Shown: positions 1 through 8,799, numbered from the stretch's first letter. The stretch is DNA of 32,000 nt from Ignicoccus hospitalis KIN4/I (GCF_000017945.1 NC_009776.1:600001-632000); one strand, 5' to 3'. The notes: generated by a model from the letters alone, not told the origin. A program made the numbers and translations.

Positions 1-797
1 CCGCCGCGGGGCGGGCGAACGGTTAGCTCGGTCACGTCGGTGCTGACCACTATCTTGAGGTCCTCTAAGGGGACGTTCAACGACGGGCACCAGAGCAAGA
101 GAGTATAAGTGCCCTTATAGAGCCTTACGGACTTGAAGGGGACCGCGTAGAGCCAGTCCGTACCGTTGTATAGGACCCTCTCCGGAGCGCCCAACCTCTC
201 TTGAAACTCCAAAGTCCCCGTGGAGTTGCTCAAACGGGTTTCGCACTTAACGCTTCCCAGCGGAATGAAGGAAGGGACGAAGGTTCCTACCGTAGCCCAG
301 GGCGGGGCGCCCTCGGGCGAGTACCACCCGTTGTCCACCTCCAAGACGCTTATCGCCTTGACCGGTTTGTCACAGCCCACCTTGAAGTACAAGGCCCCGG
401 GGCAGAGGGCGTCGTAGTCGTCTGCTTGGCCTTCGAGCTGGCCGTAGTAGCCCGCGGGGACTAAGGCCTCGCAGCCGTACTGGTCCGCGACCGGAGAGCT
501 CGAGGAGAGCACGAAGTGGTCGAAGCTACAGACCAACTCCTCGCCGTAGTAAACCCTTACGCCGGTCAGCGTTACGGGGTTCTTAACTCGGAGGACCAGC
601 GCCAAAACTTTCCCGTTGGTCGAATCGTAGGCTGGCATTAGGTCGTAAACTCCCGCGGGCGTCGGCAGCTGGGTCGGCAAGGCTAAGCTCGCGACCCTCC
701 CTACGGTGGTATTAACCACTCCCACCACTACCGCTATCAGAGCCACCGATATCGCTATGAGTAACAGCTCGGCCACTATTGAGCTCTGTGCCTTCAC
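1..797 (-). CDS. Pilin-like/surface fiber-like protein with class III (prepilin-type) signal, 3' end cut by window edge
   Basis: Manual minus-strand translation gives an open frame from GTG 797 (alternative TTG 830) to the edge: M-KAQSSIVAELLLIAISVALIAVVVGVVNTTVGRV..., resembling archaeal type IV pilin N-termini. Internal motifs VYYGEELVCSFDHF and LLLWCPSLN match the fiber protein at 2454-3386. Confidence 0.7.
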   Translation of the reverse strand, partial: MKAQSSIVAELLLIAISVALIAVVVGVVNTTVGRVASLALPTQLPTPAGVYDLMPAYDSTNGKVLALVLRVKNPVTLTGVRVYYGEELVCSFDHFVLSSSSPVADQYGCEALVPAGYYGQLEGQADDYDALCPGALYFKVGCDKPVKAISVLEVDNGWYSPEGAPPWATVGTFVPSFIPLGSVKCETRLSNSTGTLEFQERLGAPERVLYNGTDWLYAVPFKSVRLYKGTYTLLLWCPSLNVPLEDLKIVVSTDVTELTVRPPRG

Positions 798-2358
798 TTC
801 GTCCTCCGGGCTTAACGAACTTAGAGGCAATATAAGTCGCTAAGAGCGTGAGCGCCCCCAACGCCGGGTAGAGGTAGGCGAACCCAGCCAAGGGGGCGCA
901 CTTGAGCGCGGGCAGAGGCGAGGGCCTCAAGCTCACCGCGCAGCTGCGCAAGCCTTCCCAACGGGGGACCGACCAGCTGAAGAAGGCCGGTTCGTTGGGA
1001 GGTATGTACTTACCCATAAATACGTTTATAGAGCTCTTCACTTCGTAACGCGACCCGCTGGCGTTCAAGAGCAAGAGCTGCTCGAAGGCCGTCAAGTTGC
1101 CCCGGTAGGTGTAGGTCGCTACGGTCTTCGCCCCCATAACCTTGACTTCGCTCGGGGGTTGGAAGAAATAAGCGTGGACCCACGAGGCGTAAATTAAGGA
1201 AGCGGCGAAGGTCATTGACGTTAACACCATTAAGGAACTGACCGCCTTCCTGTTCTTCCAGAAGTCCGCCAAGGCGAGGGCGAAGGGGGCTACGGCTGTC
1301 GACTCGGGCCTGAGCAACGATGCCGGGCCCAGCAGCCCTAACTTGCTCTTGTCCTTGAGGTACAGTACCAAAGAGAAGTTGAGAGCGCTTAGCGCTTGTG
1401 ACGCGAGGAGGGCCCAGAGCAAGGCTTTCGAGGTCAAGACGTTGGCGAGCGTGTAGTTGTCTATTAGATCTAGGACCGTAACGGCGGTTAAAATTATGAC
1501 TGAAGCGTAGTGGAGGACGAACCGCTTGTCCGCTAGGGGCCCTTCCTTTATTGCCTTAGAGAGGGAGTAAAGGTACACTAACGTTAACGTCGCCGCCACG
1601 GGGGTTTGGATGCCGAAGTAGGGGTTGGGCAAGCCCCCGGCCGGGACGGGGTAAAAGCGGAGCAGCGCAAAGGCCACGTACGCGTTCAAGAAAGCGACTA
1701 CCTTGGACGCCTTGTCGTTGGTATGGAAGAGCAGCGCGAGCGACGCCGGGAGCAAGGCGAGCGAGAGGTGGAACGAGTTAGGCGGTATGGGCAAGCCGTA
1801 AGTTGTGTGGCCGTGGGCGATTGAGGAAAACGCCGTTAGGAAAGCTAAAAACGTGGAGAGCTTCGCGTAAAGCTCATTGAATGTCAGAAAATACGCCAAG
1901 AGCAGCGCAGAAGCGATGGCTAAGAGGGGGTACAGCGAGAAGAACCAGTACCCCCTGAGTACGGAGAAGCCCAACGGAGGAAGCTTGGGAGGGGCGGAGA
2001 CCATGGGGTAGTTCAAGTTCAAGTAGTTTGACCAAACGAACAAGAGGGAAAGCAGAGAGGCCGCGGAGAGCGCGAAGAACCTCCTGTCCCCCTCTTTCAA
2101 CCCTACTAACGCCAACACGAACGCGAACGCGGATATTGTGAAGAAAGGCGTAGTCATCGCAGTTATGACGTTGTGGAAGCTCGGTAGACCGCAGTTGAGC
2201 CAGTACCAGCTCGCTAAGCTCGTCGGCTTGCACGAGAAAGCTTCGTACAAGACGAATGCCGCCGGAAGGACGCTCGAGAGGGAGAGCGCGGCGAGACGTG
2301 GGACCGCGAAGGCTACTATATTCATAACTGCTGATATTATGATTGAGATGTACAACAT
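712..2358 (-). CDS. Polytopic membrane protein, function unknown
   Basis: 548-aa ORF with many hydrophobic segments and one extracytoplasmic-looking domain (about residues 415-495) before the last TM. It lies between two pilin-like genes. Confidence 0.75.
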   Translation of the reverse strand: MLYISIIISAVMNIVAFAVPRLAALSLSSVLPAAFVLYEAFSCKPTSLASWYWLNCGLPSFHNVITAMTTPFFTISAFAFVLALVGLKEGDRRFFALSAASLLSLLFVWSNYLNLNYPMVSAPPKLPPLGFSVLRGYWFFSLYPLLAIASALLLAYFLTFNELYAKLSTFLAFLTAFSSIAHGHTTYGLPIPPNSFHLSLALLPASLALLFHTNDKASKVVAFLNAYVAFALLRFYPVPAGGLPNPYFGIQTPVAATLTLVYLYSLSKAIKEGPLADKRFVLHYASVIILTAVTVLDLIDNYTLANVLTSKALLWALLASQALSALNFSLVLYLKDKSKLGLLGPASLLRPESTAVAPFALALADFWKNRKAVSSLMVLTSMTFAASLIYASWVHAYFFQPPSEVKVMGAKTVATYTYRGNLTAFEQLLLLNASGSRYEVKSSINVFMGKYIPPNEPAFFSWSVPRWEGLRSCAVSLRPSPLPALKCAPLAGFAYLYPALGALTLLATYIASKFVKPGGRSEGTELNSGRAVTHSDIGGSDSGSGGSG

Positions 2359-2438
2359 CTTGAAGCCCCAGAGAGGGACAAAAAGAGAGGTAAATAGGAG
2401 TTAACGAGCTTAAGGTTAGTCTAAGAGGAAAGATCGAG

Positions 2439-2444
2439 AAAAAA
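2439..2444 (-). terminator. Oligo-T tract downstream of the fiber gene
   Basis: The minus strand reads TAA-CAACAATTGTTTTTTCTCG. A T6 run lies 10 nt after the stop and partly overlaps the palindrome AACAATTGTT (2443-2452). Confidence 0.5.
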
Positions 2445-2453
2445 CAATTGTTG

Positions 2454-3386
2454 TTACGTTATGCTGAGAGGTACGCTGGCCTCCCAGGTGCTGCCGTCGC
2501 TGAAGACCATCTTGACGTCAACGCTCTGCATCACGTTGGGGTTGACGTTGGGGCACCATATCACTACGGCGAAGTTGCTCTGGCTGGCGCTGGCGACGTC
2601 GAAGATGGGCACTCCGTTGTTGTTCTGGGTATCAGGGCTGTAATGAGTATTCACGAACCTGTCGAACTTTATCACGGCACTAGTGTTCCTGAAGTTGGTC
2701 TCCACATAGTTGGTGCTGACGTAGTTGACCTCCCAAGTGCCGGCCAGTATGGTGGCGAAGGGGTACTGGTCATCGAACGATAGTAGTATATCGGGCTTAT
2801 ATTTCTCGCCCGGATGAACTTCACCAGTAACTCCCTTATCGCCACCCAAGTAGCCGCGCGCCGCCGGCTGCGTAGCGAGGTCGCTCTTACCGTGTATGAT
2901 GCCTCCCGGTACTAGGGTCTCGTTATGCGCGTCGAAGTCACTAAGAGTTGAACCGACGAAGCCCCAGAAGACTAGACCGAACGCAGTCAAGCCGCCTATA
3001 GTTTGGCCTATGTGATACTTATCGTCAGCGGTCATAGGGAAGCTGTCGTAGTGGCAGACCACCCTACCTTGGTAGAGCACATCTATGGCGTCTATGGTAA
3101 TAGCTTGGCCACCTTGCAACACTTGAGCAGGCGGCTGGAAGCTGAGTATCAGGACGGCCTTAGAGCGGTCGAAGCTATCCTTGCTTATGGTAGTACCGAC
3201 GTTAGTGGCCGGCCTGGCCCAAGTGGCTTGGATGAGTGTTAAGCTCTTGCCGGTGACTTGAGTGCCAGCCACGTTGGCGCTCAGCCCGCTGACCCAAGTG
3301 TAGAGGAGCACGGCAGCGGCTACGGCGATCAGTATCAGCAGCAAGGTCGCTATTACGGGGGAGACACCCTTCCTCGCGATCTTCAT
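2454..3386 (-). CDS. Class III signal-peptide surface fiber/pilin protein (Ignicoccus Iho670-like adhesion fiber candidate)
   Basis: MKIARKG|VSPVIATLLLILIAVAAAVLLYTWVSGL is a textbook archaellin/type IV pilin-like N-terminus. Total 310 aa with a beta-rich, Thr/Ser/Asn-rich remainder. Confidence 0.85.
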   Translation of the reverse strand: MKIARKGVSPVIATLLLILIAVAAAVLLYTWVSGLSANVAGTQVTGKSLTLIQATWARPATNVGTTISKDSFDRSKAVLILSFQPPAQVLQGGQAITIDAIDVLYQGRVVCHYDSFPMTADDKYHIGQTIGGLTAFGLVFWGFVGSTLSDFDAHNETLVPGGIIHGKSDLATQPAARGYLGGDKGVTGEVHPGEKYKPDILLSFDDQYPFATILAGTWEVNYVSTNYVETNFRNTSAVIKFDRFVNTHYSPDTQNNNGVPIFDVASASQSNFAVVIWCPNVNPNVMQSVDVKMVFSDGSTWEASVPLSIT

Positions 3387-3470
3387 GTTCTCACTCTCTC
3401 GATGACAACGGCGGGGTAGCGGGTTTTAAGATAGGGAGTTGCTCTGGTATGCAAAAATTGGATAAAGAGA

Positions 3471-4823
3471 TTAGCGCAGTTCCGAATACAAGAGCCTCGC
3501 CGCGGTGACCAAGGGGTCCCACACGGGGGCCAAGGGAGGGACGTAGCCTATGTCAGAGAAGAACAAGTCCCTAACGGTCCCCCTCTTAGTTAGCAACGTC
3601 GCAACGGCGTCCACCCTCCCCTTGACCCCCTCTGGGCCCACCACTTGAACGCCCAACACGGTGCCGTCCTCGGCGGCCACCAGCTTGACGTGGGTGAACT
3701 GGGAGCCGGGGTAGTAGTGGGCCCTCGTCCTAGCCTTCACGAACGAGGACTTAACCTTAAAGCCTAAGGCCTTCGCCTCCTCCTCGGTCAGGCCCGTCCG
3801 GCCGATCTCCAGGCCCGAGGCGACCGTGATCCCGGTACAAGCCACTCCCGGAAACGGGACCCTTTTGCCGCTGGCGCTGAGGCCGGCGACGAGCCCCATC
3901 TTGTTGGCCGGGGGAGCGAAGGGACACCAAGCCTCGGTCCCCGTGTGGACGAGCCAGCTCTCCGCCACGTCCCCGGCGGCGTAGACGTCGGGCAAGTTGG
4001 TCTCCATGTACTCGTTCACTTTGATTCCCCCGAACTTACCCAACTTCACGCCCAACCTCTTAGCGAGCTCTGCGTTGGGCTCTACCCCCACTGCCACCAC
4101 TACCGCTTGAGCCTTTATCACCTCTCCGTCGCTCAGCTCCACGCCTTCGACCCGGTCCTTCCCGAGTATCTTGGTTACAGTTACGCCCTTGTGGAGCCTT
4201 ATCCCTACGTTCTTAAGGTGCTCCTCCACGAGCTCGCTCATCTCCGGGTCCAAGCTCTTGCGAAGGGCGCGCGAGCGGACCACCAAGTGCACCTCGCGCT
4301 CGGAGTCCCTCAGCTCCGCAGCGACCTCTACGCCGGTGAACCCCGCGCCCACCACCACTACCTCCTTCGCGTCCTTCAGCTCCTCCCTAGCGGCTATCCC
4401 GCTCTCTACCGTGTGAAGCTTTATGACTCCTCTGAGGTCCTCGCCTTCGACGCCCAACGACTTGGGTCGCGCCCCGGTGGCCAATATGAGCTTGTCCCAC
4501 TTGTACTCCTTCTTTTCCCCGTTCTCAATGACGGTTACCGTTCTCTTGTGGTAATCGGCGTCCACGACCTTAGCGTGCGTGTGTACGTCTATACCCCTCT
4601 TTTCCCTGAACACTTCGACAGGATAGTAAACCAAGTCGTCGGGTTCCTTTACCTTGCCCACGATGAAGTACGGGAGGCCGCAAGGGGCGTAGGAGACGTA
4701 ACCTGAGGCCTCGAAAACCCTAACCGTCCAGTCCTTGTGTATCCTTTTCACGCGGGAAGCAGCGCTCATGCCCGCGGCGCCGCCGCCTACGACTACGACC
4801 TCCACGTGGGGCACCGGGCCCAC
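3471..4823 (-). CDS. FAD/NAD(P)-dependent pyridine nucleotide-disulfide oxidoreductase, CoA-disulfide reductase / NADH oxidase family
   Basis: 450 aa with GGGAAGMSAA FAD motif, SYAPCGLPYF containing the single redox Cys of CoADR/Nox-type enzymes, VVGAGFTGVEVA NAD motif and VYAAGDVAES. Confidence 0.85.
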   Translation of the reverse strand: MGPVPHVEVVVVGGGAAGMSAASRVKRIHKDWTVRVFEASGYVSYAPCGLPYFIVGKVKEPDDLVYYPVEVFREKRGIDVHTHAKVVDADYHKRTVTVIENGEKKEYKWDKLILATGARPKSLGVEGEDLRGVIKLHTVESGIAAREELKDAKEVVVVGAGFTGVEVAAELRDSEREVHLVVRSRALRKSLDPEMSELVEEHLKNVGIRLHKGVTVTKILGKDRVEGVELSDGEVIKAQAVVVAVGVEPNAELAKRLGVKLGKFGGIKVNEYMETNLPDVYAAGDVAESWLVHTGTEAWCPFAPPANKMGLVAGLSASGKRVPFPGVACTGITVASGLEIGRTGLTEEEAKALGFKVKSSFVKARTRAHYYPGSQFTHVKLVAAEDGTVLGVQVVGPEGVKGRVDAVATLLTKRGTVRDLFFSDIGYVPPLAPVWDPLVTAARLLYSELR

Positions 4824-4862
4824 GAGCGCGCGGAAAATAATTTACGCGTTTTTACTAAACGG

Positions 4863-5318
4863 TTAGGATTGCTCCATCTTCTGTCTCAAGCAAGAGCCCA
4901 TGACCTTGGCTAAGTACAGCATCACTCCGAGGCCCGCAGTTATGTCTGGATCTTTCATCACCTTCAGTAGGCCCAAGAGGCCCACAGGCTTGGCGTGCTT
5001 TAAGAAGTCCGGAGAATTCAAGGCCTTCATTGTACACTCCGACATGGCTTCTACGTTCTCCTTGAACACTATAGGATCTACGTCTTCAAGGGCGTTTAAT
5101 GCGGCGTCCGCGGCCGCCATCGCGTGGTGCATCCTTCTGTCGTTAGCCCCTAGCTCCAGCACCTCCTCGCCCTTCTCGGCCAAAGCGACTGCTATCCCCA
5201 GCAGGCCGGTCTCTTGGAGCTTTGCTATCGCGTCCGCCAACCTTTCTATAGCCTTCGCCAGCTCCTCTATTTTCTCCGCCTCTAACTTTTCCAACACCTT
5301 AGACAGCTCCTCACTCAC
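4863..5318 (-). CDS. DUF1641 family protein
   Basis: 151-aa helical protein whose KPVGLLGLLKVMKDPDITAGLGVMLYLAKVMG is typical of DUF1641. It sits directly downstream of an SQR-like gene, a known pairing. Confidence 0.75.
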   Translation of the reverse strand: MSEELSKVLEKLEAEKIEELAKAIERLADAIAKLQETGLLGIAVALAEKGEEVLELGANDRRMHHAMAAADAALNALEDVDPIVFKENVEAMSECTMKALNSPDFLKHAKPVGLLGLLKVMKDPDITAGLGVMLYLAKVMGSCLRQKMEQS

Positions 5319-5324
5319 GTCCTA

Positions 5325-6482
5325 TCACCTCAGGGCGTCTATCCAGCCCAAGTAAAAGGCTAATTTCATGAACTTGATCATTGGGCTCTGGGCCGTTACG
5401 TACATCTTCTGAGTAGGTCCGTTGTGATCTATGTCGAAGGTGACCATCATTCCGGTGGGGCCGAAGTCCGCCACTGCGACTATCTCGTCGGGGAAGAGCA
5501 CGGTGCCCCTTACGCCGGTTAGGTCGGATATGAGCGCGTCGGCCGCCGAGACCGCAGCGGCGTGGGAGAATATGCCAGCTATGGGGAAGTTCACACAAGG
5601 CATAGCGGCGTCGGTCGGCACGAAGACGTTCCTATACTTCGGGTTGCGGAACTCCGGGTAGGTAGTGGCCAACACCTTCTTGTTGTTCGGACAGACCAGC
5701 TCTGGCCTGTTCTTTGCGAACTCCGGCACCTTAACTGGAGGCACGTATATCAATAGGTCATACTTGAGTGTGCTACCGTCTGTAAACACAATCTCTTTCT
5801 CTCTGACCTCCTTGGCCTCCTTGCCCGGGTGGTAAATTATTCCCAGCTTGTTGTGTATCCTCCGGAACTGCCTAAAGACGTCCTTGAACATCTGGCCCAT
5901 CTGCTTCTCGTCGAATACCGTAACCAAGTGGACCTCCGAGCGGGGGTCCTTCCTCATTGCGAAGTACTTCAACTTGCCGGCCATCTCGAACGGGTAACAC
6001 CCGCACCGGAAGGGGAGGCCCGGGACGAGCATCACCACCCTTCCGCCCTTGAACTTGCTGAGGGCCTCTCTCATCCTCTTGGCGCCTTCCAAGCTGTAGT
6101 TGTGGTAGCCGTAGCGACTGAGGCCGGGGACCGCTTCGTGATCGTAGCTGACCCCAGAACCTATGAACAAGTAGTCGTATTCTATTGTCTTCCCACCTTT
6201 AGTCTTGAGCTGCTGCTTGGCGGGGTCTACGTCTACGACCTCATCTATGATCAGCTCGGCGCCGTACCTCTTAGCGATGTTAGCGACGGGGGCCTTGAGC
6301 TGGTCTTCCCTAACTTCGCCCAAGGCGAAGTCCGCGAAGAGGGGAGGCATGTAGTGCCACTCGTCTCTGTTTATTATCGTAATTTGGAGCTTGTCTTGCA
6401 GTTCCGGCGGCCCCTCTCGGAGCCGCCTCAGGGCGACGAGGGTCGACACTCCCCCGCCGAGGAACACCACGCGTTCGGGCAA
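5325..6482 (-). CDS. Sulfide:quinone oxidoreductase-like FAD protein
   Basis: 385 aa with N-terminal FAD-binding VVFLGGGVST, GLPFRCGCYPFEMA, VFVPTDAA and PCVNFPIAG, plus a C-terminal FxxxAFYLGW membrane-contact-like end. Confidence 0.8.
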   Translation of the reverse strand: MPERVVFLGGGVSTLVALRRLREGPPELQDKLQITIINRDEWHYMPPLFADFALGEVREDQLKAPVANIAKRYGAELIIDEVVDVDPAKQQLKTKGGKTIEYDYLFIGSGVSYDHEAVPGLSRYGYHNYSLEGAKRMREALSKFKGGRVVMLVPGLPFRCGCYPFEMAGKLKYFAMRKDPRSEVHLVTVFDEKQMGQMFKDVFRQFRRIHNKLGIIYHPGKEAKEVREKEIVFTDGSTLKYDLLIYVPPVKVPEFAKNRPELVCPNNKKVLATTYPEFRNPKYRNVFVPTDAAMPCVNFPIAGIFSHAAAVSAADALISDLTGVRGTVLFPDEIVAVADFGPTGMMVTFDIDHNGPTQKMYVTAQSPMIKFMKLAFYLGWIDALR

Positions 6483-6550
6483 AGCCTCACTCCGTTCCTT
6501 AGAGACCGTTTACCGCTATAATGACTTTCTTTACTAAGTGGACGGTGAAA

Positions 6551-8761
6551 CTACTTCAGCTTCCTAGACGCTATTATCAGCTGGCCCAAGGCTATCCCCC
6601 CGTCCCCCGGGGGGACCTTGTGTGGCAAGAGGGGTTTCACTACTTCTTTGACGCCCAACAAGAAGGGCTCGTTAACTGCGGCGCCGCCGGAAACCACCAC
6701 CGGGAGTCCGAGCTCCGCCGCCTTAAGGGCCATGTTGTAGCCCAGGTTGTACTGGATTGTAAACGCTACGTCCCTTAACTTTTTGCCGCTATCAAGGGCC
6801 TCGACGGCCCACCTCAGAAGCTCAGTCACCTTGATAACGTTTCCATCGATTAAGTCTAGCTTTGTTAATGGTTTGCCCCCGAGGGAGGCCGCCTCCAAGA
6901 GCATCGCGGGCTCGCCCTCGTAACTCCTCTCGTAGGCGACCCCGAGGAGGGCCGCGAACGCGTCCAAGGTCCTACCTAAGGAGGAGGTTAGCACGCTCCT
7001 CCCGAGAACCTTGCGAGCCACCTCGAACTCTCCCTCCCCTCCCGGGAGGGCCCTCGCGAGCTTGCCTTTCCACTTCTCTAAGTCCTCGCCGGCTGCATAC
7101 AAGAGGCCCATTAAAGCCCTCGCCGGGTACTTGACCGCCCTGTCTCCGCCCGGCAAGGGGAAGTACTCTAAGTGGGCAACCCTCTCGAAGTCCTCCCTGT
7201 TTACCCTCAAGACCTCCCCTCCCCAAGAGTTCCCGTCCAAGCCATAGCCCGTGCCGTCCACCACTATTGCGGCCGCCTCCTCCAAGCGCGCCTCCGCCAT
7301 GACCGAGGCCGCGTGGGCGTGGTGGTGTTGGACCTCTACCAGCTCTGCTCCGAACTCCTCCGCCAAGCTCAGCGCTAGGAGCTTGCTGCTGTAGCGGGGG
7401 TGGAGGTCCGCCGCTACGAACTCCGGGGTAACGGAATATTGTTTCAATAACCACCTCAACTCTTCTTCCATAAATCTCAAGTTATCGTATTCGTCGGTGT
7501 CGCCGATGTATTGGGTTAAGACCACTTTGTTGGAAAAGGAAATTCCTCCCGCGTTCTGAAGCTCCGCACCCACTGAGGCGCCGCTGAGCAGCTCTTCATC
7601 CGCCTCCAGCCAAGCGGGGGCATAGCCCCTGCTCCTCCTCAAGAAGAGCCTCTCGCCGGCGCTCCTCCTAACTACGCTGTCGTCCACCCGGTGGACTATT
7701 TCCCTATCGTGCTCTAAGACGTAGTCTGCCATCCCTAGTGCGCACTCCTTCGTTATACACGTGGGCTTCCCCGAGGGGTTTGCTGAAGTCATAATGGAAA
7801 ACTTGTCGGCAGTGTAGTTGAGCAGCAAGTAATGGAGGCCGGTGTAGGCCCTCATGACCCCCACTAAGGCGTGGCCGGGCGCCACCAGCTCGCTCAAGGG
7901 GCCGTCCTCTCTCTTGCGGAAGAGGACTATGGGGGCTTCCGGAGAGTTGAAGAGCTCTTCGTCGTCAACTACGACTATTCTATTCGCTACCTCGGAATTA
8001 AGGGCCATCAGCGCGAAGGGCTTCCTAGGCCTCCCCTTCCTCCTCCGCAGCTCCGCCACCACTTCGTCCTCCGTCGCCTTGGCGGCCAAGTGGTAGCCGC
8101 CCATGCCCTTGACCGCTATTATGAAACCCTCGTCCAGAAGCTTCGCAGCCTCCTTTATTGGATCTCTGACCAACACCGTACGGCCCTCAGAGTCCAAGAG
8201 CCTCACTTTCGGGCCGCACTTGGCGCAAGCGAACCCCTGCACGTGGTATCTAGGGTCCCACGGGTCCCGGTACTCCCTTTCGCACTCTGCGCAGAACGGG
8301 AACTCGGCCATCGAGGTGTTCTCTCTATCGTAGGGCAGAGAACGGATCATAGAAAACCTCGGGCCACACTTGGCGCATGAGATCAACGGGTACATGTACC
8401 TTCTCGAGAAGGGGTTGAGCATTTCCCTCAAGCAGTCCTCACATATCCCCAAGTCCGGAGGTATCTGGGAGTGTTTGTAGGAGCTTTTGTCGCTTTTCAA
8501 TATAATGAAGTCATCAAAACTCATCTCCTCGGCATCCTCCGCTTGGAGGTCCTCTACTCTAATGGGGGGAGGTAACTTCTTGAGCAAATTAATGAACTTG
8601 GAGATTTTCTCATCCTCACCAATTACGTATATCTCAGCTGCACCTCCAGCCACGTTCTTCACGTAGCCCTTCAACTTCAAGCCGCGGGCCAGGCGGGCGA
8701 CTTGGGGCCTGAAGCCAACCCCTTGGACGAGGCCTCTGACTACGATCCTCTTCGCCGGCAA
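6551..8761 (-). CDS. hypF: Carbamoyltransferase HypF ([NiFe]-hydrogenase maturation)
   Basis: 736 aa with N-terminal acylphosphatase domain (VRGLVQGVGFRPQVARLA), double zinc finger (CEDCLREM, CAKCGPR, CAECEREY, CAKCGPKV), YrdC-like domain and C-terminal HHHAHAASVMAE. TTG start. Confidence 0.95.
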   Translation of the reverse strand: MPAKRIVVRGLVQGVGFRPQVARLARGLKLKGYVKNVAGGAAEIYVIGEDEKISKFINLLKKLPPPIRVEDLQAEDAEEMSFDDFIILKSDKSSYKHSQIPPDLGICEDCLREMLNPFSRRYMYPLISCAKCGPRFSMIRSLPYDRENTSMAEFPFCAECEREYRDPWDPRYHVQGFACAKCGPKVRLLDSEGRTVLVRDPIKEAAKLLDEGFIIAVKGMGGYHLAAKATEDEVVAELRRRKGRPRKPFALMALNSEVANRIVVVDDEELFNSPEAPIVLFRKREDGPLSELVAPGHALVGVMRAYTGLHYLLLNYTADKFSIMTSANPSGKPTCITKECALGMADYVLEHDREIVHRVDDSVVRRSAGERLFLRRSRGYAPAWLEADEELLSGASVGAELQNAGGISFSNKVVLTQYIGDTDEYDNLRFMEEELRWLLKQYSVTPEFVAADLHPRYSSKLLALSLAEEFGAELVEVQHHHAHAASVMAEARLEEAAAIVVDGTGYGLDGNSWGGEVLRVNREDFERVAHLEYFPLPGGDRAVKYPARALMGLLYAAGEDLEKWKGKLARALPGGEGEFEVARKVLGRSVLTSSLGRTLDAFAALLGVAYERSYEGEPAMLLEAASLGGKPLTKLDLIDGNVIKVTELLRWAVEALDSGKKLRDVAFTIQYNLGYNMALKAAELGLPVVVSGGAAVNEPFLLGVKEVVKPLLPHKVPPGDGGIALGQLIIASRKLK

Positions 8762-8799
8762 AGGCGCTCTCCGGGAGTTCGCGCAGAAGGGGTAATGAA

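Noticed and set aside
201-464. Plus-strand ORFs at 201-464 and 220-417
   Set aside because: They lie opposite the open minus-strand pilin-like frame, which has a sensible signal sequence and motifs; the plus-strand products look like compositional artefacts of G+C-rich DNA.
712-2358. CcmF/CcsA-type cytochrome c biogenesis protein
   Set aside because: No WxxxWG-like motif and no surrounding ccm genes; similarity is only impressionistic.
3945-4706. 253-aa plus-strand ORF opposite the CoADR-like gene
   Set aside because: Long but fully antisense to a gene with clear FAD/NAD motifs; the translation is His/Leu-rich without recognisable domains.
6862-7454. Antisense ORFs opposite hypF, including a 160-aa minus-strand frame at 6972-7454
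   Set aside because: Arg/Gly/Pro-rich low-complexity translations within a well-supported hypF gene; shadow ORFs.
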